Source of the DNA: Candidatus Iainarchaeum sp.
GTDB taxonomy: Archaea; Iainarchaeota; Iainarchaeia; Iainarchaeales; JACQJH01
DNA length: 32,000 bases
Direction of reading: 5' to 3'
NCBI GenBank assembly: GCA_016205145.1
Contig: JACQJH010000001.1
Span: 360,001-392,000, forward strand
Shown here: piece after piece, positions 16,428-24,411 of the stretch
Numbering within the stretch: the stretch's first letter is position 1
Layout: each line of letters opens with the position of its first letter
Notes under the pieces: model-generated
Told to the model about the DNA's origin: nothing
Seen by the model: the letters and a program-made list of their open reading frames with translations, nothing else
Databases searched by the model: none
Position numbers and translations under genes: made by a program

Positions 16428-17567
16428 TCAGCCTTTGAGCGCGCCTTCAACGGCCGAAACGACGCAATCAACCTGCTCTTCGCTCATGCCGGCAAAAATC
16501 GGAAGCGTGACAATCCTTTCCGCGACGTTTTCCGTAACGGCAAGCCCGCCTTTCTTTCCGCCGATGTTTTTGTAGTACGGCTGCAAATGCACTGGCGGAT
16601 CGAAGTGCACGGACGCCTGCACCCCGCTTTCGCGCAATTTTCCGACAAACGCCTGCCTGTCGGTTTTTTTCCCAACCTTGACAGTGTACATCTGGTAAAC
16701 GTGCCTGCATTTTTCGGCTTCGACCGGCAGATCCAATGCATCAATGCCGGCGAATGCCCTGCCGTATTTTTTCGCAATCGCCTTTCTCTCATCGTTCAGC
16801 CTGTCGACCTTTTTCATTTGCGCGACGCCGATTGCCGCAAGCACGTCGCACAGCCTGAAATTGTAGCCCGCAACCTCCGCCTGCCTCAGCCACGGCCTTT
16901 CCTTCCTTTCGCGTTCGAACGCGCTTGACGAAATGCCATGCGCCTTCAGGGCTTTCGCCTTCTCCGCAACAGCGTCATCGTTTGTCGTGAGCATTCCGCC
17001 CTCGCCGGTCGTGATGTTTTTTGTCGGATAAAACGAAAAGCAGCCCGCATCGCCGAAGCTTCCGGTTTTTTTGCCCGAAAACTCCGCGCCGACTGCCTCC
17101 GCGGAATCCTCTATCACTGCAAGGCCGTGCTTTTCCGCAATCTCCATTATTTCATCCATTTCGCACGCCTGGCCCGCGAAGTGCACGGGCATTATGGCAA
17201 CCGTTTTTTTTTCTATCGCCTTTTCGACTGCCTGCGGGGAAACATTGCACGTCCCGTAATCTATGTCGGCAAACCTCGGCGTGCAGCCGGCCGTTACGAT
17301 CGCATTGGCGCTTGCCACAAACGTGAAGCTCGGCACGATTATTTCGCCTTTGAGGCCGAGCGCCTGAATCGCGGCATGCAATGCGGAAGTGCACGAGTTC
17401 ATTGCGATTGCATGCTTCACGCCGGCATAATCCGAGAACAGCTTTTCGAATTCCGCGTTTTTGGGGCCGTGCGCCAGCCAGCCTGAGCGCAGTACAGCGG
17501 AAACCTCGCTTATTTCCTCTTCACCGATTGACGGCACGCACAAGGGAACTTTCACAGCCGGCATCAT
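16428..17567 (-). CDS. DegT/DnrJ/EryC1/StrS-family sugar aminotransferase (ArnB/PglE-like)
   Basis: VPSIGEEEISEVSAVLRSGWLAHGPKNAEFEKLF and the PLP-lysine region SFYPTKNITTGEGGML are present. The ATG at 17567 lies 1 nt after the upstream stop (17569-17571). The track start at 17594 would overlap the upstream gene by 26 nt. Confidence 0.9.
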   Translation of the reverse strand: MMPAVKVPLCVPSIGEEEISEVSAVLRSGWLAHGPKNAEFEKLFSDYAGVKHAIAMNSCTSALHAAIQALGLKGEIIVPSFTFVASANAIVTAGCTPRFADIDYGTCNVSPQAVEKAIEKKTVAIMPVHFAGQACEMDEIMEIAEKHGLAVIEDSAEAVGAEFSGKKTGSFGDAGCFSFYPTKNITTGEGGMLTTNDDAVAEKAKALKAHGISSSAFERERKERPWLRQAEVAGYNFRLCDVLAAIGVAQMKKVDRLNDERKAIAKKYGRAFAGIDALDLPVEAEKCRHVYQMYTVKVGKKTDRQAFVGKLRESGVQASVHFDPPVHLQPYYKNIGGKKGGLAVTENVAERIVTLPIFAGMSEEQVDCVVSAVEGALKG

Positions 17568-17568
17568 G

Positions 17569-18531
17569 TCAGCCCGTTTTCTTGACAACTTCAACGTATT
17601 TCGCTATGCCTTCCTCGACATTGGTTTTCGGCGAAAACCCGATCAGCCTCTTCGCCTTTTCAATGCTCAGCGAACCCCTTTTCGGCCTGCGGATGTCAGT
17701 GCCGGATTCAACGAATTTTGCGTTCGGCACGTGCTTTGCGACGATTTCCGCGAATTCCCGTATGGTGCGGGCATTCCCTGCAGTGATGTTGAACGTCTCG
17801 TTTTTCGCCTTCGCGGATTTTGATGCGAGCACAAAACCGTTCGCGGCATCTGTAACATGCGTGAAATCCACTTTTTCCAGGCCGCCGTCAAAAAGCTTCA
17901 ATGGCTCGCCTTTCAGGGCGTTTTCCACGAAAACCTGGGACACGCGCCGGTTGGCGTCGCCGGGACCGTAAACCGCGGACGGCCTGATTATAGTGTAATC
18001 GATGCCGAACTTTTTCGAATAAGCTTTCGTCAGCACCTCGCCCGCAAGCTTTGTGCCGCCGTAAATGTCAATCGGGTTCAGGGGATGCTCCTCGTCCGCA
18101 ACTTCTTTCACAAAGTCGCCGTAGACGAAGCTTGAAGAAGTGTAAACGAACCTTTTCACGCTTCCGAGTTCGCGCAGGCTTTCGAGCACGTTGACAAGGC
18201 CGTCAAGGTTTATGCTTATCGCATCCTCGGGAAACTCGTTGCTTTTGGTTGCGATCGGCAGCGCCGCCAGATGGATCACTATTTCGGGCTTTTCCTCACG
18301 GAGCGCGCGGAGCAGGCCGCCCTTGTGCCTTATGTCACCGCGGATGATTTTGACCTTGTCCTTTATGTCGGCAAGCCGTGCCTTCAAAATTTTTTCGTAA
18401 TTGCTTTTGAGCGGGTCAATGAAGTTGAGGAAAGCGTCGAAGCACACGACCTCGTCGCCTTCGGCCAGAAGCTGCCTTGAAATGTGGCTTCCGATGAAGC
18501 CGCAGCCCCCGATTATGAAGAATTTAGCCAT
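17569..18531 (-). CDS. extended SDR, NAD-dependent sugar epimerase/dehydratase
   Basis: IIGGCGFIGSH, SSSFVYG and a canonical YGGTK are present. The ATG at 18531 (MAKFFIIGG) was preferred, because the track TTG start at 18573 lies only 4 nt from the TATA-like tttaaaaa (18577-18584). Confidence 0.85.
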   Translation of the reverse strand: MAKFFIIGGCGFIGSHISRQLLAEGDEVVCFDAFLNFIDPLKSNYEKILKARLADIKDKVKIIRGDIRHKGGLLRALREEKPEIVIHLAALPIATKSNEFPEDAISINLDGLVNVLESLRELGSVKRFVYTSSSFVYGDFVKEVADEEHPLNPIDIYGGTKLAGEVLTKAYSKKFGIDYTIIRPSAVYGPGDANRRVSQVFVENALKGEPLKLFDGGLEKVDFTHVTDAANGFVLASKSAKAKNETFNITAGNARTIREFAEIVAKHVPNAKFVESGTDIRRPKRGSLSIEKAKRLIGFSPKTNVEEGIAKYVEVVKKTG

Positions 18532-18724
18532 GTGGTTCAGCCCTTTTTCCTTTCTTAGATATTGGCGTTCCAAGCCTTTAAAAATGCAAGCGCCCTCGCG
18601 CCTGCATGGTACAATTTTCGATTTTCTAAACCGCGGAGGGGGTCCACCCCATCCCCAGTTTTAAGGTAATCCTGACCCTCCCCCGCTATGCGAATTGTTT
18701 TCAAGCTTTTGCCATATAATCCTG

Positions 18725-19378
18725 ATGATGCCGAAAAAAATCGTGGTTCTCACCGCGGAAACCGCGAACAATTTTGAAATCCTTGAGCCGCTTTTCAGGC
18801 GCGCTCCGGCTGATATCTGCGCGGTCTTTGTTGACGGTGTTCCGGCTGAACGCTTCGGAAAAAACCTCAAGCGGGTTCTCAAGTTCGGCCTGCTCCGCCT
18901 TCCCAAAGCCCTGCTTGCAAGGCTTGCGGGAATGCTTTCCGGAAGGCAAAAGTCAATCACACGCCTGTGCGCGCAAAACAAAATCGAAGTGCACAAAATC
19001 AGGGACATGAATTCCGCAAAAACCATTGCACTCCTAAATCGGCTTGCCCCCGATTTGGTTGTCTGCGCCGGCTTCAACCAGATACTGAAAAAAGATGCCC
19101 TTGGAGTCTGCCCGGCCATAAACCTGCACCGTTCCCTGCTGCCGAAGTTTGGCAACAGTTTCCCAATCCACCGCGCCCTGGCGGCCAAGGAAACCGAAAC
19201 TGGCGTTACGATTCATTTCATGTCGGAAAAGGTCGATTCCGGAAAAATCCTCGCACAGGCAAAGGTCAGAATCGAAAAAAACGATTCAGTCGAATCGCTT
19301 TACCAAAAAACGTCGGCGGTCGGCGGAAAGCTTCTTGCCGACACAGTTGAAACCATGCTTGCAGGCAAAAAACGCTGA
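18725..19378 (+). CDS. sugar N-formyltransferase (Formyl_trans_N domain only; ArnA-N/WbkC/VioF-like)
   Basis: The Asn-His-Asp triad context is present: CAGFNQIL, INLHRSLLP and MSEKVDSGKIL. There is no Fmt-type C-terminal domain. ATGs at 18725/18728 (MMPKKIVVL) were preferred over the track start at 18695. Confidence 0.8.
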   Translation: MMPKKIVVLTAETANNFEILEPLFRRAPADICAVFVDGVPAERFGKNLKRVLKFGLLRLPKALLARLAGMLSGRQKSITRLCAQNKIEVHKIRDMNSAKTIALLNRLAPDLVVCAGFNQILKKDALGVCPAINLHRSLLPKFGNSFPIHRALAAKETETGVTIHFMSEKVDSGKILAQAKVRIEKNDSVESLYQKTSAVGGKLLADTVETMLAGKKR

Positions 19379-19470
19379 CCCGGCCCAAAACCCGCCTGCC
19401 CCGCCTGCCAAAAGTATTTAAACAACCGGGCCTTAAAATACATGGCAAAATCAGCGAGAGGTGTTTTTTG

Positions 19471-19737
19471 ATGGCTGAAAAACTTGACATTAAATCCGGG
19501 GCGGTTGCAGGCGGATTAACCGGGGTTGCGCTTTCAATTATCTGTGCCGCGGCAATCTATGCTTTTCCGGGCGCGGCTATGGGCCTGTTCACTTCAATGA
19601 TCCACTCAAACATTCCGATTGAACCCAGGCCTTTTGAGGCTGCAGGCTTTTTGTCTGGGCTGGTTATGGCATTCATTATCGGCGCAATAGTTGTCGGCAT
19701 ATTTGTGCCAATTTACAATGCCTTGGCTAAACGCTGA
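19471..19737 (+). CDS. small membrane protein (2-3 TM), unknown function
   Basis: GAGGTG lies 7 nt upstream of the ATG at 19471. Gly/Ala-rich hydrophobic helices are present (GGLTGVALSIICAAAIYAF, GLVMAFIIGAIVVGIFVPI). Confidence 0.55.
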   Translation: MAEKLDIKSGAVAGGLTGVALSIICAAAIYAFPGAAMGLFTSMIHSNIPIEPRPFEAAGFLSGLVMAFIIGAIVVGIFVPIYNALAKR

Positions 19738-19740
19738 ACC

Positions 19741-19748
19741 TTTATTTT
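19741..19748 (+). terminator. oligo-T tract (tttatttt) 4 nt after the stop of the small membrane protein gene
   Basis: Read directly. Oligo-T tracts act as archaeal terminators (established knowledge). The assignment here is inferred. Confidence 0.25.
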
Positions 19749-19804
19749 GTGCAGGCAACCGGCGGAAAAAAGGGCAAACAAGCAAAACACCGGGATGTGC
19801 AGGC

Positions 19805-20902
19805 TCATCCCAGTATTTCCGCCGCCTTTTCCGCGATTCCGGCAAACTTTTTTTCCGGCAGTGTGAGCGGGATTTCGATGTAAGTTCCAGCTGTCCTTTC
19901 CGCGTTTGGAAACCTTCCTTTCACGCCGAAAACCTTGTTCAACGGCATTGGAAATTTGGGGTTCACTGTGAGGCCGGCTTTTGCAAACATTTCAATCGCC
20001 ATCCGCCTTTCAATGCCCTGCAGCACAACCGGAAAGTACGGTGCGGCGATTTTTCTTTTTTTTATGGCCGGAAGCACCGCTTTACGGCTTTTTGACAGCC
20101 TTTTGTGCAATGCGCAAAAATTATTGTGCCTCAGTTCTGCAACGGAATCAAACCTTTCCAGCTGGTTCAGGAAAACCTGCACCGCAACATTGTCCGCGCG
20201 CGCAAGCTCCGCGCCCCATCCTGCCGGCCTGTGGAATTTTCTGAGCAATGGATAAGTCCATTCATTCGCCGAGCCATAACCGCAAAACGCTTTCATTTCG
20301 GCAATGCCGAAGCCGTTTTTTGGCAGGCCTGCAAGCAGCCGCCTTGCCTTTTCCGCGATTTTTCCGTCCTTCGTGAAAAGCATTCCGCCTTTTCCGGCGC
20401 CGAAACTTTTCCCGAAACCGAAGCTGATGAATCCTGCCGTTCCGTTGCACCCGATTTTTTTGCCGTCGAATTCCGAGCCGAAGCCGCGCACGAAATCCTC
20501 TGCAACAGGCAGCCTTTCATTCGCTTCAATTATTTTTTTCGTGTCCAGCGGAATGCCGTAGGCGTGCTCCGCCACGGCGCAGTCCGCGCTTTTCGGAATC
20601 GCATCAAAATCCATCCCGAAAGTTTCCGTTTCCACGTCAACCAGGATTGCCTTTGCGCCGGCCTTCTGCACTGCGAGGAAAACCGAGGGGCAGGTGAATG
20701 CCGGCAATGCGACCTTTTTGCATCCGAGCGCCTTCAATGCAATCCAAAGCGCGGTGCTCCCCGAACCGGCAATTATCGCGTGCGGTGCGCCGGTTTTTTC
20801 CGAGGCAAGCCTTTCCGCGCGCGCAAAGTTTTCAGCCGAATAGTTTCCGAGCAAATCGGAAAACCGGAACATTGAAACTATGCCGGGCAAAGTTCCGTTC
20901 AT
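19805..20902 (-). CDS. DegT-like PLP-dependent enzyme (aminotransferase-fold, N-terminally short)
   Basis: AIIAGSGSTALWIALKALG..LPAFTCPS...AEHAYG and the Lys region SFGFGKSFGAGKGGMLF are present. The ATG at 20902 lies 1 nt after the upstream stop. The 152-aa N-terminal extension in the track (to 21358) is a low-complexity overlap with the FemAB-like gene. Confidence 0.75.
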   Translation of the reverse strand: MNGTLPGIVSMFRFSDLLGNYSAENFARAERLASEKTGAPHAIIAGSGSTALWIALKALGCKKVALPAFTCPSVFLAVQKAGAKAILVDVETETFGMDFDAIPKSADCAVAEHAYGIPLDTKKIIEANERLPVAEDFVRGFGSEFDGKKIGCNGTAGFISFGFGKSFGAGKGGMLFTKDGKIAEKARRLLAGLPKNGFGIAEMKAFCGYGSANEWTYPLLRKFHRPAGWGAELARADNVAVQVFLNQLERFDSVAELRHNNFCALHKRLSKSRKAVLPAIKKRKIAAPYFPVVLQGIERRMAIEMFAKAGLTVNPKFPMPLNKVFGVKGRFPNAERTAGTYIEIPLTLPEKKFAGIAEKAAEILG

Positions 20903-20903
20903 T

Positions 20904-21890
20904 TTACAGCAGCCCCTTTGCAATCCCGTACGCCTTGAGCGAAACCTGCCACGCGGCCCACTTTGCATGGTCGTTGATTTTCTGCATTGTATAAAACTCC
21001 CTGGGCTTTCCGCCGAACCTTTCCTTGAACCGCTCAAGCTCTTCCGTTGCGGAGGTTCCGAAGTCAAAAAATTCGCAGCCGCGTTTTTTTGCAAACAGCA
21101 TGGCTTCGTTGAGCAAAAAGTTGTTCGGGTTTCTGCCCAAAAATCTTTCATCCGACGCCGAACTGAAGTAATGGCACGTTTTGCCTGCCTTTGAAAACAG
21201 CAGCATGGTTCCCGCAACGGCTCTGCCTTCAAGTTCGGCAAGCAGGATCGTGCCCAGGCCTTTTTTGAACAGCAGTTCTTCCGCCTTGAGGAAGAATTTT
21301 TCGTTGAAGGTTTTTCCGGCCCCAAGCTTTTCCATGGTCTTTTCGTACATTGCGGCAAAAGTTTTGATGTCGCCGCTTGCTTTGGCTTCCCTTATTGAAA
21401 AGCCCTGGCCGTAAGCTTTCCTCACGGCATTACGCGTTTTCTTGTGGTATGCCGAAAAGATTTCCTCCCCGCTTTTGCCGATTTCGGCAACCGTTGCAGA
21501 AAAAGCCTTTTTTTCAAATCCGAGTTCTTCAAAAATTTTTGCGTCTTCCAGGCTTTCGACCCTGCAGAAGCACGCGACACAGCCTTTTGATTCAGCCGCA
21601 AACTTTTCGGCCAGGCGGCGTTTTGCCTTTTCACTGCCGAGCGGCCCGCCCTCGTAAAACTTCGGGTAATTCGGGGGCATTGAAATGAGGTGCTCGAACA
21701 ACGCATGCCTTGCCTTCATTGCCGGAAAAACGCCCTCGATTTTTCCGCCGCTTTTTTCCGCAAGCATTATGGGCTCATAGCCCAAACATTCGTGCAGTAA
21801 TTCCGCAAATTCCGTCCGGTGGAAAACCGTGCCGCCATTCTTTTCCACGAATGCATTCCATTCCTCGTCGCTTAAACTTTTTTTTCCCAT
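20904..21890 (-). CDS. FemAB-like / GNAT (Acetyltransf_6-type) acyl- or aminoacyl-transferase
   Basis: 328 aa with an EEWNAFVEKNGGTVFHRTEFAELL N-terminus. LAELEGRAVAGTMLLFSKAGKTCHYFSSASDERFLGRNPNNFLLNEAMLFAKKRGCEFFDFGTS...ERFKERFGGKP matches the FemX/FemAB-type C-terminal GNAT lobe. Confidence 0.7.
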   Translation of the reverse strand: MGKKSLSDEEWNAFVEKNGGTVFHRTEFAELLHECLGYEPIMLAEKSGGKIEGVFPAMKARHALFEHLISMPPNYPKFYEGGPLGSEKAKRRLAEKFAAESKGCVACFCRVESLEDAKIFEELGFEKKAFSATVAEIGKSGEEIFSAYHKKTRNAVRKAYGQGFSIREAKASGDIKTFAAMYEKTMEKLGAGKTFNEKFFLKAEELLFKKGLGTILLAELEGRAVAGTMLLFSKAGKTCHYFSSASDERFLGRNPNNFLLNEAMLFAKKRGCEFFDFGTSATEELERFKERFGGKPREFYTMQKINDHAKWAAWQVSLKAYGIAKGLL

Positions 21891-21900
21891 ATGGCCCGCC

Positions 21901-23148
21901 TTACCTGTGCGCCGTTATGCGTTCATAAAATTTTTCATACCGTTCAACGGCTTTTTCCTGCGAATATTTTTCCTTGACGCGTTCAAGCGCCTTGCTTCCT
22001 AGGATTTTCGCTTTTCCCGCATTCTGCAGCACTTCGAGTATTTTTTCCGCCAAATCGTTTTCGTTGCCCGGCTTAAATGACAGGCCGGCGCCGCCTTGGA
22101 TGACTTCGGCCATGCCGTCGATTTTGCTTGCAATGCACGGCTTTTTGCACGCCATCGCCTCGACAAGCGAGTTCGGAGTCGTGTCAAAAAAGCTCGGCAG
22201 GACAAATGCGTCGCACGAATTGCAGTAAAGGGGCATTTTTTCCCTTTCAATGCTGCCGCGGAATTCCACTTTATTTTCAATGCCCAAGCTTTTTGCCAGC
22301 GCCTTCAGGTTTTCCTCTTCCGCGCCTTTTCCGGCAATCACAAGGTTTGCCTTTTCATCGCTTGCGCAGACCCTGCGCATTGCATTCAGCAGGACATCGC
22401 AGCCCTTCCATTTCACGAGTCGCGCGGAAAACAAAACCGCTTTGCCATGCATTCCAGTCTGCACGCGCGCCTTTTCTTTCGGCATTGGCGCAAACTTTTT
22501 CATGTCCACGCCGTTTGGCAGGACCGAAACCTTGCCTTCATGCACGCCGCGCTTAACCAAAAACTTTTTTCCGCCATCCGCATCCGCGGCAATGAAGTCG
22601 GCGCTTTTGAAATACCAGTCCTCGACCTTGTGCAGGATTCCCGCAACGCCTTTTCTGTGGGCAAGCGTTCCATCAAGCCCTTTCCTGCAATCCCAGTCCG
22701 GAAAATTCTTGATTGACAGGTACTCGTAGACCATGTCGCCGCCGTATTTCATCACGCATGGTTTTTCCGCCAAAATTTTTTTCGCAAGGCAGAGGCTGAA
22801 AGCGCCGGTTGAAAGGTCGTGCGAGTGGAAAACGTCGTTGTCCCGGTTTTCGAGGATTTTTTTTGCGAATGCAACCGAGCCGATTGCCATGTTCGCGTTG
22901 CTGAATTCAAGGCTTCCTTCAAGCGTGAACGCGCGTTTTATTTTCACGCCGCTTTTTTCGCTTTCCTTGGGCCGGCCCTTCATTTTCTGTGTTATGACCG
23001 TAATCTCAAACCCTTTCCGTGCGAGGCTTTCGGACAGAATCTCCAAAAAAGAGCCGCTGCCACCGACTTTCGGCGGGTAGAAGCGCGAAACCATGCAGAT
23101 TTTCAACAAAACACCTGTGTGGGGTGCAAAGAACTTGGCCTTCCCCAT
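21901..23148 (-). CDS. GT4-family (GT-B fold) glycosyltransferase
   Basis: KICMVSRFYPPKVGGSGSF at the N-terminus and the C-terminal EX7E-like region (LPSFFDTTPNSLVEAMACKKPCIAS) are present. An alternative TTG start at 23106, preceded by AGGTG, would give MKICMVS. Confidence 0.9.
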   Translation of the reverse strand: MGKAKFFAPHTGVLLKICMVSRFYPPKVGGSGSFLEILSESLARKGFEITVITQKMKGRPKESEKSGVKIKRAFTLEGSLEFSNANMAIGSVAFAKKILENRDNDVFHSHDLSTGAFSLCLAKKILAEKPCVMKYGGDMVYEYLSIKNFPDWDCRKGLDGTLAHRKGVAGILHKVEDWYFKSADFIAADADGGKKFLVKRGVHEGKVSVLPNGVDMKKFAPMPKEKARVQTGMHGKAVLFSARLVKWKGCDVLLNAMRRVCASDEKANLVIAGKGAEEENLKALAKSLGIENKVEFRGSIEREKMPLYCNSCDAFVLPSFFDTTPNSLVEAMACKKPCIASKIDGMAEVIQGGAGLSFKPGNENDLAEKILEVLQNAGKAKILGSKALERVKEKYSQEKAVERYEKFYERITAHR

Positions 23149-23150
23149 TC

Positions 23151-23501
23151 TTATTTCTTTTTTTCCGCGCTTTTGCGCAATGCCATTTCCCTCGCCAGGC
23201 CGGTTATTTCCGCTTCAAGGTCCTTCTGCCTGAAATACGTGCGTATAGTGAAGAAAAGCGCGGTGATGGAAATCAGGCTGAGGAACGCGGCAGCAGTGTC
23301 CCTGAAACCGAGGCTTTTCGTCAGCTGCAGAGTTATTTCCGGCATGGCGACCATCACAAGTAGCCAGAAAACGATTATGAGCAGGAGCGTGGAGAAAAGG
23401 TCCATGCCCTTCTTGCGCATGTTCGCAACGACTATGCCGGCAATTGCCAGCAATGCAAGTAAGCCGATTATTGTCGTCAGGCCCGCCATTTCAGAAACCA
23501 C
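23151..23501 (-). CDS. small membrane protein with C-terminal coiled coil (DUF2304-like, glycosyltransferase-associated)
   Basis: 116 aa with 3-4 TM helices followed by RQKDLEAEITGLAREMALRK. The size, topology and position next to a GT fit my recollection of DUF2304. The GTG start at 23501 lies 24 nt from a TATA-like aaatttaagg. Confidence 0.6.
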   Translation of the reverse strand: MVSEMAGLTTIIGLLALLAIAGIVVANMRKKGMDLFSTLLLIIVFWLLVMVAMPEITLQLTKSLGFRDTAAAFLSLISITALFFTIRTYFRQKDLEAEITGLAREMALRKSAEKKK

Positions 23502-23611
23502 CAGTTTCTATGTAAAATGAAAAGCCTTAAATTTGAAACCATGAAACTTAATTATTGGTTCAAAAATAAAATCCAATGAAATTTAATTAAAATTCCTGGT
23601 TGGCGTTTTTT

Positions 23612-23854
23612 ATGGCTGCAAAAAAAGGTTCCGCGCAGAAAATAACGACTGTTTCCATTCCCGCCGAGCTTGCGGAAAAAATCAGGAAAAAATGCAAGAA
23701 CACGGGCTTCCATTCAGTTTCCTCTTATGTTACATACGTTCTGCGCATAATCCTTTCCGAGCCAAGCGAGCTTGAAAAGGACAAGCGCCAGGTTTTCTCG
23801 AAAGAGGACGAGGCAAGGGTAAAGGCAAATCTCAAAGGCCTCGGCTACCTGTAG
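23612..23854 (+). CDS. ribbon-helix-helix (CopG/Arc-like) DNA-binding protein
   Basis: KITTVSIPAELAEKIRKKCKNTGFHSVSSYVTYVLRIIL is a beta-strand/helix/helix RHH pattern. The ATG at 23612 was preferred over the TTG at 23600. A TATA-like atttaattaaaa ends 20 nt upstream. Confidence 0.7.
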   Translation: MAAKKGSAQKITTVSIPAELAEKIRKKCKNTGFHSVSSYVTYVLRIILSEPSELEKDKRQVFSKEDEARVKANLKGLGYL

Positions 23855-23862
23855 CGGCCTTT

Positions 23863-24411
23863 TCAAATCCAGCCTTTTCTTTCAAGCGCTTCAAAAATCT
23901 TTTGCGCGCTTTCTTCCGGCGTTTCCCTGTCTGTGTGAACGATGGCATCCGGTGTTTCGGGCCGCTCATATTCCGTGTGAATGCCGATGAAATCCTTTAT
24001 GTGCCCTTCGCGCGCCTTTTTGTACATTCCTTTCGGGTCGCGCTTTTCGCATTCCCCGAGCGGGCAGTCGACAAACACTTCCAGATAGTGCTGCAACTCT
24101 TTTCTTGCGTGCGCCCTGCTCTCAGCAAACGGCGTTATGACGGGAACGATTGAAACGCCGCCGTGCCGTTCAATGAGCCCGCTCAAAAAGACTATGCGCT
24201 TGTTGTTTTCGATTATGTCGTCGCGGCTGAAGCCGAGGCCCTTTGAAATGTTCTGGCGAATGGCATCGCCGTCAAGGGTTTCGACAAGAAACCCTTTTGA
24301 CGAAATTTTCCGCGACAATATTGCGGTTATCGTAGACTTGCCGCTGCCAGGCAGGCCGGTCAGCCAGACCACAAAGCCGTGCCGCCTTTCATTGGCGCCA
24401 GCGCCGGTCAT
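23863..24411 (-). CDS. cysC: adenylylsulfate (APS) kinase
   Basis: GFVVWLTGLPGSGKSTIT is the P-loop, followed by LDGDAIRQN..LGFSRDD. The start overlaps the sat stop (ATGA). Confidence 0.9.
   Translation of the reverse strand: MTGAGANERRHGFVVWLTGLPGSGKSTITAILSRKISSKGFLVETLDGDAIRQNISKGLGFSRDDIIENNKRIVFLSGLIERHGGVSIVPVITPFAESRAHARKELQHYLEVFVDCPLGECEKRDPKGMYKKAREGHIKDFIGIHTEYERPETPDAIVHTDRETPEESAQKIFEALERKGWI

Noticed and set aside
18715-18720. Perfect bacterial -10 hexamer TATAAT 5 nt upstream of the formyltransferase ATG
   Set aside because: There is no convincing -35 at 17 +/- 1 nt (the best candidate, ttgttt, has a 14-nt spacer). The other promoters in the window fit an archaeal TATA geometry instead. 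It is kept only as an ambiguity about domain assignment.
20903-21358. N-terminal 152-aa extension of track ORF 19805..21358 (517 aa), which would make a giant DegT fusion
   Set aside because: The extension is Arg/Ser/Lys/Cys-rich low-complexity sequence in a second frame over the well-formed FemAB-like gene (20904..21890). A Met at 20902, 1 nt after that gene's stop, gives a normal-length DegT-fold protein.
7408-23520. Long plus-strand ORFs antisense to the minus-strand operons (e.g. 7408..8139, 8252..9097, 11039..12016, 12307..13368 of 353 aa, 20105..20875, 22819..23520)
   Set aside because: Each lies opposite a gene with clear family motifs. Their translations are Arg/Phe/Cys/His-rich with no motifs, and several cross gene boundaries. 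They are best explained by codon bias of the sense strand that suppresses antisense stops.
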